A stretch of DNA of 49,314 bases from Candidatus Anstonellales archaeon (GTDB lineage: Archaea > Micrarchaeota > Micrarchaeia > Anstonellales > J096), in NCBI GenBank assembly GCA_038896535.1, contig JAWACY010000003.1, positions 1 to 49,314 of the forward strand. Reading direction: 5' to 3'. Made by a program: the position numbers and the translations under genes. Below, piece by piece: positions 30,026 to 39,518 of this stretch. How positions within the stretch are numbered: the first letter of the stretch is position 1; the number at the start of each line of letters is the position of its first letter. A model generated the notes under the pieces. It did no database searches. It had not been told where the DNA came from and saw only the letters and a program-made list of their open reading frames with translations.

Positions 30026-33000
30026 TTATTGCCCTTCTCTTCTGCTCTTATAAAACATCCACATTGCAGCAAGAACAACTATCAAAAGTAATAAAACAAA
30101 TAACCAATTTCCATATTTTTGCCAGAAGTCTCCTCCTTCTGTTATTGTTATTCCCTCTCCTCCACCCCCGCCTAAGATCCATTTATCATCATTGATACCA
30201 AAGGTTGATAAACAAGCTCTTATACTATTGCATATTTCATTTTCTGATTTACAATATGTGTTAAAGAAATTCTGAGCACAGCTATATACATTTTCTTGCT
30301 GAATGCAGCTTCCTAAATCATTACATTGGCCACTATTCTGGCCTTGACATTTATCTTCATATGATTTTTGGAAGCAGTATTTCAAAGCATCATTACAGTT
30401 AAGTAGGTTATAATTATTGTCTATAGGGTTCCAACCGCAAGCATATACTTTTATGTTATAAACCCCTGAATATGGAACTGAAATATTAAATGATGGAAAT
30501 GTCATTTCTTGCCTTTGACCATTATTAATTATTAAATAATATAGAGATGGCAGTTCTTGTTTAGAAGTTAGGTTAAATTCATATATATTATCTGGACAAA
30601 TTAATCTATTTGTTAAGCTCAAATCTTTCCAAGGCTGTGGTTTAGTGCAAACATAAAAGGAGGAAGAAATGCTTACATAATTATTGCCGTTATCAATTGC
30701 ATATGCATTAATGTCATACCATTTATCTTCTGTTAATTCAATATCAAGCGTTGTTGTTAATGATTCCTGCCCGCTTTCACTTGCTGATGTATTAGATAAA
30801 CTTCCAGATGGGAAATTTAATTGGATTAATGAAACATCTTTATCTACACTATCAGTAGCAGTGGAGTTTGCTTTTATTATACTCCCGCTTATAAATGCAT
30901 TGTTTTCTGGGTATATTGTTATTGTTGGCTGTGCCCCAGTTGCTCTTATTTCAGTGCATTGTTGTGTATTTATTTCTTTTTTATATCTATAATTTTCTTC
31001 TTGAACATTTACATTTAATGTATAAGTTCCAACATTAACAATTGCCCTCCTGCCATTTTGGCATGAAATTGTATCAGAAGCATTTGCTAAATTACAATCG
31101 AAATTAATAGCAACACCACCTTTACTTACTCTTACTTCAACAATCCTTAAATTATCCTGCCCAGGCATGCAATAAACATTGTAATTTACATTTATCCCTT
31201 TTGTTGGGTCTTCTATGCACTGCCCGTTTTCTAAGACTTGGCCTTCTTGGCAACCAGTATTTACACAAACATCGCCTTGCATAGAAAATCCAGCCTGGCA
31301 TTGTCCATTAACAGGGCATGTCATGGCCTTTACTTTATCCTCTTTTTTCCCATATGTTTGATGGGAGAAATTACCTTCAAAATAAACACTTGGGAAATTA
31401 CTAACAAATGCGGTCCAATTTTTATTACTAACGAAATCTGATAAGTTTCTTTTTATTAATGCAGTGCCATTTACATCTGTTCTATTAGAACCTAAAAGTG
31501 TTTTTGTGTATTCAACGCTCATGCTATCATTATAGCAATAGCTTCCAAAAACAACACCATTTATTTCATTGCATAGCTCACTTAAATTCTTTTTGTTTTT
31601 TGTTCCTGTGCAAGATTGTGGCAATGTCTCATATGTCCAATTATAGCCCCCAATTTTCTGGTTATTAAATGTTTGACATATATCCTCATATGATGAACAA
31701 AAAGGACTAAAACTGCTAGTTGCAGTTGCTCCTTCTGGCTCAAAAACAGCAATTATAAATCCATTTTGCTTAATAATACCGTCTTGTATATTAAGTTCAA
31801 AAGGATTGCTTGTAGTTGTTGTTCCAAGAGGCGAGACAAAATACTTAAACCTAAAACCAGGATATGGAGATGCATTAAACAAAATGCTTTTATATCTAAC
31901 TAATAGATTTGATTTAAAGAATGAGAATATATTAGTGCTACTAGTTGTGCTTAAGCTGACTAAATCACTTCCTCCAAATGGGTTATACAGTAATTTTTTC
32001 CCATATACTGAGATATTACCAGCTCCTTCTGGATAAACAGCAAAAATTATTTGAGATTGCATGTTTGGATTAATATTACTATCATTATAAACTGCTAAAG
32101 CAAGGACTTCAGTTGATTGTGGAGTGAAATTATACCAAACATTTTCAGCCATTTGCCCATTTGCTATTCTTTGTGGCGTTAATATATCATTAGGGCTTGT
32201 CATGATAACTAATCTATTTTCTACATTACTTGTTTGACCACTAACCTTTAATATAACGCTTAGATTCCCGTTCTTAGTGTCTAAAAAATTATTATTTATC
32301 TCTCCATATGTGCCAATTGATGAAGTTGTTTGGATAGCACCTTGGGTAGAACCTTGGATAGCATAAGTATATCCTGGCAAATAACCAACACCACTTTTTC
32401 TTAAGTAAACTTGAGGGGATCCACAGCCAGCTTTATTATCTAATGTTGTGCATTGTTGATTTGCTATGTTATTATTAAGGTTAGAAAAAACGCTGCATGC
32501 ATTATTATTGGCAAGTGCGTATACAATGCTTTCATAACAAGTTTGTTCTGAGTCACTGAAATTAAAACCCTTTGAAATACATAAATCTTTATATGAAATC
32601 TTATTTTTGTAACAAGTATTGAAATTATTATTAATAAAACTGCATGTTTCAGGAGCATTTGATGTTAATATACTTACATTTACATCTACATTACTCAATG
32701 GCTCTCCTTTCCTCGTTACTTTAACAAATAAATCCTCTGAAGGGCACATTAAATTAAATAGCGTTGCATAATTTCCTGATAATGCAATTCTGCTTAGCAA
32801 TACTGTTCTTGATAAACCAGCACTGTCTGTTGCATTTCCTTCAACCCAGTAATTAAGTGATTCATCTATATTAGTAAAATTGTGAGTAAATATATAAACG
32901 CATTTTTTATCAGCTGGCACTGCATAATCAGCTGAGCTTATAAGATCGCCTTTCTCCCCATTGCTATCATTATAAAGAGAAACTTTAACTGTTTGCAAAT

Positions 33001-33121
33001 TACAATCTTCATCACTTGCCTTTACTGAAATTGTCAAATTTGCTGAGAATATTATAGAAAATAAGAAAAGAAACAAAAAAAACAATTTTAAAAAATTTAA
33101 ATTCATTTTATCTAAGTTCAT
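30026..33121 (-). CDS. Large Cys-rich cell-surface protein, signal peptide plus C-terminal TM anchor
   Basis: Signal peptide, beta-rich segments, Cys clusters (CPVNGQCQAG...CVNTGCQEGQVLENGQC), GGGGGEG linker, TM, KSRR tail. Confidence 0.8.
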   Translation of the reverse strand: MNLDKMNLNFLKLFFLFLFLFSIIFSANLTISVKASDEDCNLQTVKVSLYNDSNGEKGDLISSADYAVPADKKCVYIFTHNFTNIDESLNYWVEGNATDSAGLSRTVLLSRIALSGNYATLFNLMCPSEDLFVKVTRKGEPLSNVDVNVSILTSNAPETCSFINNNFNTCYKNKISYKDLCISKGFNFSDSEQTCYESIVYALANNNACSVFSNLNNNIANQQCTTLDNKAGCGSPQVYLRKSGVGYLPGYTYAIQGSTQGAIQTTSSIGTYGEINNNFLDTKNGNLSVILKVSGQTSNVENRLVIMTSPNDILTPQRIANGQMAENVWYNFTPQSTEVLALAVYNDSNINPNMQSQIIFAVYPEGAGNISVYGKKLLYNPFGGSDLVSLSTTSSTNIFSFFKSNLLVRYKSILFNASPYPGFRFKYFVSPLGTTTTSNPFELNIQDGIIKQNGFIIAVFEPEGATATSSFSPFCSSYEDICQTFNNQKIGGYNWTYETLPQSCTGTKNKKNLSELCNEINGVVFGSYCYNDSMSVEYTKTLLGSNRTDVNGTALIKRNLSDFVSNKNWTAFVSNFPSVYFEGNFSHQTYGKKEDKVKAMTCPVNGQCQAGFSMQGDVCVNTGCQEGQVLENGQCIEDPTKGINVNYNVYCMPGQDNLRIVEVRVSKGGVAINFDCNLANASDTISCQNGRRAIVNVGTYTLNVNVQEENYRYKKEINTQQCTEIRATGAQPTITIYPENNAFISGSIIKANSTATDSVDKDVSLIQLNFPSGSLSNTSASESGQESLTTTLDIELTEDKWYDINAYAIDNGNNYVSISSSFYVCTKPQPWKDLSLTNRLICPDNIYEFNLTSKQELPSLYYLIINNGQRQEMTFPSFNISVPYSGVYNIKVYACGWNPIDNNYNLLNCNDALKYCFQKSYEDKCQGQNSGQCNDLGSCIQQENVYSCAQNFFNTYCKSENEICNSIRACLSTFGINDDKWILGGGGGEGITITEGGDFWQKYGNWLFVLLLLIVVLAAMWMFYKSRREGQ

Positions 33122-33134
33122 TTTACTATTTTAT

Positions 33135-33380
33135 TTAAGCAGGTTTTGCTTCTCCAGCAACAACAATTACATCTTCTACTGACTTAACATTTTCATATTT
33201 AACGCTCTTATTCCTTAAAACTTCTTTTAATGATTCTCTTGAGCCAGATATTCTATCCAATAGAACTCTTGCAACAACGCCTTTCTCAACATCTAAAAGA
33301 AATTCTTGGGATGTGCCTAAAAACCTGCCTTTATCTGTAAAGATATCCATCCCATAGAGTTCAGAAAGTTTTTTTGTCAT
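33135..33380 (-). CDS. PRC-barrel domain protein
   Basis: LSELYGMDIFTDKGRFLG...LLDVEKG...VKYENVKSVEDVIVV. SD AGGTGA. Confidence 0.88.
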   Translation of the reverse strand: MTKKLSELYGMDIFTDKGRFLGTSQEFLLDVEKGVVARVLLDRISGSRESLKEVLRNKSVKYENVKSVEDVIVVAGEAKPA

Positions 33381-33465
33381 ATTATCACCTGTTTAAAATA
33401 TAGTATATGTATTTAAAAATCTATCGCATAGCCGCATGAGAAAAAGCAAAAATGAGAGTAAATTA

Positions 33466-35124
33466 TTAAAATGGAATTGGCAGTAATAAAGCAGCATATT
33501 TAATAATAGTAGTCTGTATTTTGAAAATCCACCCGCTTCTTTTGTTTATTTCTTTTATTAATGGCTCAAATTGCTCTCTTTCAGCAGGCCCTAGTTTGCT
33601 TTCTATGACCCTGACAGTTTTCTTTCCATCTATCCATGAAACTTCTTCTTGCTTGCCTATCTGCTTTTTTGCTTGACCATACCATGGGCTTAAGCTGCTT
33701 TTTCTGTTCCATATTGCTTTTATAAAATCTCCTGTATTGACTGGCCTTCTATAACCTTTTGTTTTTGCTTCTACCCAAGGAATTTCGGCAGCTTCTTCGA
33801 CTATTGCTTTTATATCAGATGCTGAATAACCAGTTGTAGCAAGAGCAAGCCTAAACCATGCAATGTGCTTCTCTATTTTTTGTATTTTTTTTGCATGCAG
33901 CTTGAATATTGCCATCCTGCTTTTTAAATCTGGCTCTGGGATATAAACGCTTTTTGTAAATCTCCCAGACCTTCTTAATGCGGGGTCAACATCCCATGGA
34001 GCGTTTGTGGCAGCTAAAACAAGCACATTTTCATTATTTGCTTCTATCCCATCCATTTCATAAAGCAACTGGTTAACAGCCATTCTCATTGCCTGGCTTT
34101 GATCACCTTCTCCTCTTCTCCCGCCTATAGCATCAACTTCATCAAAAAATAATATTGTTGGTGCATTTTTTCTTGCCAGCTCAAAAACCTTGTGGATATT
34201 CTTTTCTGTATTTCCAACATACATATCAAGTAAATCACTTAATTTTGCATTTATGAATGCACATCCAACTTCGCCAGCAGCAGCTTTAACTATGTATGTT
34301 TTTCCACATCCTGGTGGCCCATACATGAGAACGCCCCCTCCACCTTTTTTTCCATATTCTTGAGCTAAGCTTGGGTCTTGCAAAGGGTAGACAATTGCTC
34401 TCCTTATGACTTCTTTTACTTTTTCCATTCCAGCAACATCGTTGAATGTCATTTTTGGCCTTTCTACAAGTTTTATATCCCCTTTCTTCTCTGCATCTTC
34501 TCCTTGTGATGATTGTTCTTTTTTTGCTTTTGCAGAATCCAGATGGGCTTTTGCTTCCATAAAGTCTGGCTTTAACTCAAGTGCCTTTTTGTAATCTTCT
34601 ATTGCTCCCTCTATATCATCATTGTATTCTTTTGCAAGCCCTCTCAGATGCCAAGCTTCAGCAAAATCTGGTTTTAACTTTATTACTTCAGAAAAATCTT
34701 CTATTGCTTTATCATATTGCTCTAAGCTTGCATAACAAAGGCCTCTGTTATAATACGCTTTCATATAAGATGGATTTAGCATTATTGCCTTATCATAATC
34801 TTTAATTGCAGTGCCAAAATCACCTTTTCTGTAATATGCATCTCCTCTATTATTATATACAACAGGGTTTTTTGGGTCAAGCTCTATAACTTTTGTATAA
34901 TCGGCTATGCTTTTTTCATACTCTTTAAGTTTATAATAAGTCAATGCCCTGCCAAAATATGCTTCTGAGAATACTGGATTAAGCAATATAGCCATATTGT
35001 AATTTTCTATTGCCTTCTCAAAATCCTTTTTATCAAAATATTCTTCTGCTAACTCATAATACCTTTTAGCATCGCTTATACTTGCAACATCCTTTTTTAT
35101 ACCAAGTTTCCCTATATCAGGCAT
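33466..35124 (-). CDS. TPR-repeat plus single classical AAA ATPase (CDC48/Vps4 clade)
   Basis: About 5 TPRs (AYFGRA, VYNNRG, AYYNRG, AWHLRG), Walker A GPPGCGKT, pore loop MYVG, Walker B FFDE, SRH ATNAPWDVDPALRRSGRF. ATG 35124 preferred over the track's 35175. Confidence 0.9.
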   Translation of the reverse strand: MPDIGKLGIKKDVASISDAKRYYELAEEYFDKKDFEKAIENYNMAILLNPVFSEAYFGRALTYYKLKEYEKSIADYTKVIELDPKNPVVYNNRGDAYYRKGDFGTAIKDYDKAIMLNPSYMKAYYNRGLCYASLEQYDKAIEDFSEVIKLKPDFAEAWHLRGLAKEYNDDIEGAIEDYKKALELKPDFMEAKAHLDSAKAKKEQSSQGEDAEKKGDIKLVERPKMTFNDVAGMEKVKEVIRRAIVYPLQDPSLAQEYGKKGGGGVLMYGPPGCGKTYIVKAAAGEVGCAFINAKLSDLLDMYVGNTEKNIHKVFELARKNAPTILFFDEVDAIGGRRGEGDQSQAMRMAVNQLLYEMDGIEANNENVLVLAATNAPWDVDPALRRSGRFTKSVYIPEPDLKSRMAIFKLHAKKIQKIEKHIAWFRLALATTGYSASDIKAIVEEAAEIPWVEAKTKGYRRPVNTGDFIKAIWNRKSSLSPWYGQAKKQIGKQEEVSWIDGKKTVRVIESKLGPAEREQFEPLIKEINKRSGWIFKIQTTIIKYAALLLPIPF

Positions 35125-35212
35125 ATAATAGAATATTGCATTAATATTTTTAATACTTTCCCATCTATCTGCCAATTTTCTTATTGCAATTTTTACTTAT
35201 TATTTCTAATTC

Positions 35213-35977
35213 TTATTTTTCCAGTTTCTTATTTCCTCCTTTTGCAAGTATAGATGTGAAATATATTTCATTCTCATTCATTTTTGATGGAATTATTAAT
35301 GTTAAATTATCTATCATGTCAAAATTTTTTATGTCATGCATTGAAATTGTGCCAATGCTCTCATTTTCGCAGCCTGCATTTTTAATGTAGAATATTATTT
35401 TTATAACTTTTGAAAATCCATATCTGCTATCAGCATGCTTTATTATTTCATATAGCTCATTTGCGCTTTTTATTTCAGGGTCTATTAAGCATATTGTATG
35501 CATGCCATTGTTTAAATTAACCACCAACTTTTCTGCCCAAGATAATGGTTTGTAATTTTCATACCATTTGCTTATTGTCAATACCTGCCCAAATTTATAT
35601 GGGCTCAACCCAATTTTTAATACAGCATTTAATATGCCAGCATTTTGTATTACCTTCCATTTTATACGCTGTTTTTCTGCTTCTGCTATTAGAGAAATGT
35701 GCGTTGTAGCAAATAAGGGGTCTCCAAAACAGCATATTACCAAATTTTTTGTTTTTGCAATGCTTAATGGCATATTACTTTCCATTAATTCTCTATCAAC
35801 GATTTTTGCTTCTTTTTTAGCTATGCTCTTTATCTTGTTCTTTACATTATTTAATATCCTTTCAGAATACCTAGTTGTATATGCCTCAATCCATACTTCA
35901 TCAGCATTTTTTATTTCTTCCAATGCATTCTCAGTCAAGTCAAGACAAATACCAAGGCCTACAATTGATAATGGCAT
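35213..35977 (-). CDS. dph5: Diphthine synthase
   Basis: IVGLG, EAYT, GDPLFATTH, GLSPYKFG, HTICLID. Confidence 0.9.
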   Translation of the reverse strand: MPLSIVGLGICLDLTENALEEIKNADEVWIEAYTTRYSERILNNVKNKIKSIAKKEAKIVDRELMESNMPLSIAKTKNLVICCFGDPLFATTHISLIAEAEKQRIKWKVIQNAGILNAVLKIGLSPYKFGQVLTISKWYENYKPLSWAEKLVVNLNNGMHTICLIDPEIKSANELYEIIKHADSRYGFSKVIKIIFYIKNAGCENESIGTISMHDIKNFDMIDNLTLIIPSKMNENEIYFTSILAKGGNKKLEK

Positions 35978-35996
35978 AAAAACACCAATGGCTAAA

Positions 35997-36791
35997 CTAA
36001 AAACCTCCCATAAGCCTTAAAGTATCTCTTAAGCCAGGAGCTAGGCCCATAACAATTATTGCATAAATAATGATGTTTTTCTCTTGCTCATCAATTTTTT
36101 CTTTATTTATGAGATATAAAATGATGCTTGTTATAAATATCTTTATGAGGAAAAATGAAAAGAACCCAAATTGCTCTCCTATGATTGATGGCAAAACATG
36201 TTGCTCGCTGTAATTATATAGCTCAATGCCAATAAATGTTGCAGCGCCATCAAATCCTTGTGCAAACAAGGCAAGTCTTTGTATCTCTTTTTTAAATAAT
36301 AAAAGCCCGATTGCATAGCTTGCTGAAGATATAAATAATACTAATATTGCTCTATCATAATAAATAAGAAAAGGCAAAAGTAGAAATGCATGTATAAATG
36401 CTAAAAAAAGGCCGAAATAAAAGCATAGATTGCGCGCCTTTATTTTTTTCTCTATGATGAAAGATGATAGAAAAAGCAAGCTGGTAATTACATATATGCC
36501 AGGAGTGACATTAAAAATATTGTATTCATAAAAAGGCGCATAAGGCCAGCCTTGTGCAATGCCTGCATTTACTGCATCTGTTATTACTCTTTTTATTGAC
36601 CCAAAGAAAACAAAGGGGATAAGAGATTTAAAAAAATGCCCATCAAAATCTATATTATTTTTCTTAAAATATTTGTATGTTAAATAAAGCCCAAAGATTG
36701 CAATAATTGCATAGGTTGTTGTGTTAACAATATTGTAACCTTCATAATTTATTATTGGCTTTATAAAATATTTATCTATAAAATCCTGCAT
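35997..36791 (-). CDS. DUF63 family archaeal membrane protein
   Basis: GYNIVNT, VTPGIY, DGAATFIG, YSEQHVL, GLAPGLRD. Confidence 0.9.
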   Translation of the reverse strand: MQDFIDKYFIKPIINYEGYNIVNTTTYAIIAIFGLYLTYKYFKKNNIDFDGHFFKSLIPFVFFGSIKRVITDAVNAGIAQGWPYAPFYEYNIFNVTPGIYVITSLLFLSSFIIEKKIKARNLCFYFGLFLAFIHAFLLLPFLIYYDRAILVLFISSASYAIGLLLFKKEIQRLALFAQGFDGAATFIGIELYNYSEQHVLPSIIGEQFGFFSFFLIKIFITSIILYLINKEKIDEQEKNIIIYAIIVMGLAPGLRDTLRLMGGF

Positions 36792-36841
36792 AAATACATT
36801 TATGCAAAAGATTAAAAATTAAATGCAGCCATATTAATTTA

Positions 36842-36890
36842 GTGATGAAGGAGATGATCTCTGATTGGTGATGATTGATAGGCTGTCTGA
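36842..36890 (+). ncRNA. Archaeal C/D box 2'-O-methylation guide sRNA
   Basis: C GTGATGA (36842-48), 12-nt guide, D' CTGA (36861-64), C' GTGATGA (36868-74), 12-nt guide, D CTGA (36887-90). Intergenic, with TATA-like ATTAAAAA at 36811-18. Confidence 0.93.
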
Positions 36891-36981
36891 GATATAAAGC
36901 AAAAAGGCATAATGAATGAAAAAGGCATAAGAAGGCATAAGGGGGCATAATACATATATTTTTAAATCATCATGCTAATAT

Positions 36982-38337
36982 ATGCTTGGTGGTAAAATGC
37001 TGATTGAGGATATAATGCAGAGAATAAGCAATGCAGAGGTTAGGTGGATAAATTTAAACTTTCCTGATTTGAGAGGGACTTTAAAAAGAAAGGTTTTTAG
37101 AGCCCAAAAAATGACAACAAATCATTTTGCAAAAGGCATAGAAGCAGAAGAAGTAAACATAGCATTTAATGAAATATATGAAGAGCAATTAAGCCTTTTA
37201 CCGTTGCCCAGCACTTATGCAAAACTCCCATGGGCTGATGCTGTTGATAGGGTTATATGCACAATAAAAAAAGGCAAAGAGCGATATCTTAAAGATCCTA
37301 TTTATACACTTGAAAGGGCATTGAATCTCGATCCAATTGGTGAGAAGATTGCAATAAAGCAAAACGTTTCATTTCTCATTACTGATGGGACAAGCATATC
37401 AAAAGAAGAAGGCAGGAGAAGCGTTGACATTCCATCAAAAGAAGCTGATTGGAATCCATTGGCATTGAGAGCAAAGGACAGCAATGCATTGGCATCTGAT
37501 CCGCATGATGTTTATTCAGCAGTAAGACAACAAATAAGCGATGTTATGAGTGATTACTTTAATTATGTTGTTTTATCACATTGCCATGGAAGCTATGCAA
37601 GCTCTCAAATATTGAGCTTTGATGAGCTTAAAGCAATTGATGCAGCCCATTGCTTAGCAACATTGAGGATGGCTGCAAAAGCTGTTGCTATTGCAAACAT
37701 TTCTTTAGCATCATTTATGCCATTGCCTTTTAATGAAGCGCCTGCTGACTATGAGCTTAGCTTTTCTGCTTTTGAAAAAGGCGATAATATATTTTATGAT
37801 GAAAATGATGCACATAAAATATCTCAGATAGGCAGGTATTTCATTGGCGGTATTTTAGAGCATATTGATGCTATAACATTCTTTACAAATGCAACAATAA
37901 ACTCATATAAGAGATTAAATGCTTATAAGAAATTTAGTTCAGTCGGGATAAAGGATAAGTTTAATGCAATAATGATAAAAGATGCAGAATTGTTCAATAT
38001 TAAATTAACATTCCCTGACGCTGCGTTAAATCCTTATCTTGGCTTAGCAGCAATAATATCTGCTGGTATTGATGGGATAAAGAAGAAAAAAGAGCCGATC
38101 ATTGCAGAAGAAAGCCCAATAATAATGAGTGAACAACAGAGAAAAAAAGCACAAATAAAGGAATTGCCATTGTCATTTAAAGAATCACTCGAAGCAATAC
38201 AGAGCGATAATGAATTCCTTAAAGGCGTTTTATCAACAGAACTTGCTTATACATATACTGAAATGAGAGTACAAGAATATAAGGAATATAAGCAAAAATC
38301 AAGCGATAATGATTACTTCTATTACTTCCATCTTTGA
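36982..38337 (+). CDS. glnA: Glutamine synthetase type I homolog, catalytic residues lost
   Basis: FPDLRGTLK, ASFMPLP, YFIGGILEH, NATINSYKRL, PDAALNPYL, LPLSFKESL retained. Active-site motifs degenerate. Alternative start 36997 with SD GGTGG. Confidence 0.8.
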   Translation: MLGGKMLIEDIMQRISNAEVRWINLNFPDLRGTLKRKVFRAQKMTTNHFAKGIEAEEVNIAFNEIYEEQLSLLPLPSTYAKLPWADAVDRVICTIKKGKERYLKDPIYTLERALNLDPIGEKIAIKQNVSFLITDGTSISKEEGRRSVDIPSKEADWNPLALRAKDSNALASDPHDVYSAVRQQISDVMSDYFNYVVLSHCHGSYASSQILSFDELKAIDAAHCLATLRMAAKAVAIANISLASFMPLPFNEAPADYELSFSAFEKGDNIFYDENDAHKISQIGRYFIGGILEHIDAITFFTNATINSYKRLNAYKKFSSVGIKDKFNAIMIKDAELFNIKLTFPDAALNPYLGLAAIISAGIDGIKKKKEPIIAEESPIIMSEQQRKKAQIKELPLSFKESLEAIQSDNEFLKGVLSTELAYTYTEMRVQEYKEYKQKSSDNDYFYYFHL

Positions 38338-38472
38338 TATGATATTAACATTGCCAACTTAGACAGTCAGACAGCTAACTTAATTTAGCTAACTGGGCAG
38401 CATAGCTCAATAAAGTTTATAAATGTTAATGTACATATTAATATCATTTTATATATTTTGGAGGTTAATAAA

Positions 38473-39240
38473 ATGGCAGAAGATGAAATTAGGGTATCGA
38501 AGCAAACTTTAATATTGGTTGGTATAATAGCGATATTTTTAATTGCCTTTGTTTATTTAGCATTAAATGCAAATGCTGTTAATGCTGGAACATCAAATAC
38601 AGGAAAAGCAAATACAGGCAATGCAGGCCAAGGCAATGTTGATGAAGTTGAGCAGCTTCTTATAAACAGCCAGAGAGGAGGAAAGATAAATGTTGATATT
38701 TCACAAATATCAGCTAATGGGGCAGTTATGGAAGGAACTAATAAAGATATTCTTATTGTAGAATTCAGCGATTTCCAATGCCCGTTTTGTGGTAGGTTTT
38801 TCTCTTCAGTTTTACCTGAGCTAAAGGCTAATTACATTGATAAAGGAAAAGCAACATTTGTTTATATGCATTTCCCTTTATCAAGCATTCATCCAATGGC
38901 ACAAAAAGCAGCTGAAGCATTTGAATGCGCAAAAGAGCAGGGAAAAGGAAAAGAGATGCATGATAAAATATTCTTAAATCAGCAATTGCTTTCTGTTGCT
39001 AGTTTAAAACAATGGGCTCAAGATATAGGCTTAGATGCAGATAAGTTTAATACATGCCTTGATTCAGGAAGAACAGCTGATAAAGTGAATGCTGACTTAA
39101 ATGAAGGGCTAAAATTAGGAGTGCAACGAACACCAACAATATTTGTAGGAAAAAGAGGAAAAGGTTATTCATATGTTGTTGTAGGAGCAAGTAGTGGCGA
39201 TATGGTTATTTATAGTAAAATTATAGATTCCTTGCAGTAA
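38473..39240 (+). CDS. Membrane-anchored DsbA/thioredoxin-fold oxidoreductase
   Basis: N-terminal TM, EFSDFQCPFC, HFPL, GVQRTPT. SD GGAGG before ATG 38473. Confidence 0.92.
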   Translation: MAEDEIRVSKQTLILVGIIAIFLIAFVYLALNANAVNAGTSNTGKANTGNAGQGNVDEVEQLLINSQRGGKINVDISQISANGAVMEGTNKDILIVEFSDFQCPFCGRFFSSVLPELKANYIDKGKATFVYMHFPLSSIHPMAQKAAEAFECAKEQGKGKEMHDKIFLNQQLLSVASLKQWAQDIGLDADKFNTCLDSGRTADKVNADLNEGLKLGVQRTPTIFVGKRGKGYSYVVVGASSGDMVIYSKIIDSLQ

Positions 39241-39518
39241 TATAGTAATTAGTAATGGGTTTTTTATTTTGCTTTTATTTTTTATTTTATTTCCCTTTTA
39301 TCTCTCCTTTATTTTTTTTATTTTATTCCCCCTTTATCCACCTAATTTTTATTCTCACATTGGATTAGCAATTGAGAAAAGCAACCAGCAAAATTTGAGT
39401 TTTTATGATTCTCTTCTTTTTTTGTTCTTCTTTTTTTGTTTTTCAGGAACATAGCATGAACATAGTTGGCGATTGATATTTAATTAGTGTTTAATCTTTA
39501 AATATCTTGAAAGAATAC

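Noticed and set aside
39269..39454. 61-aa Phe-rich ORF
   Set aside because: Arises from T-rich duplicated terminator-like sequence downstream of the DsbA gene.
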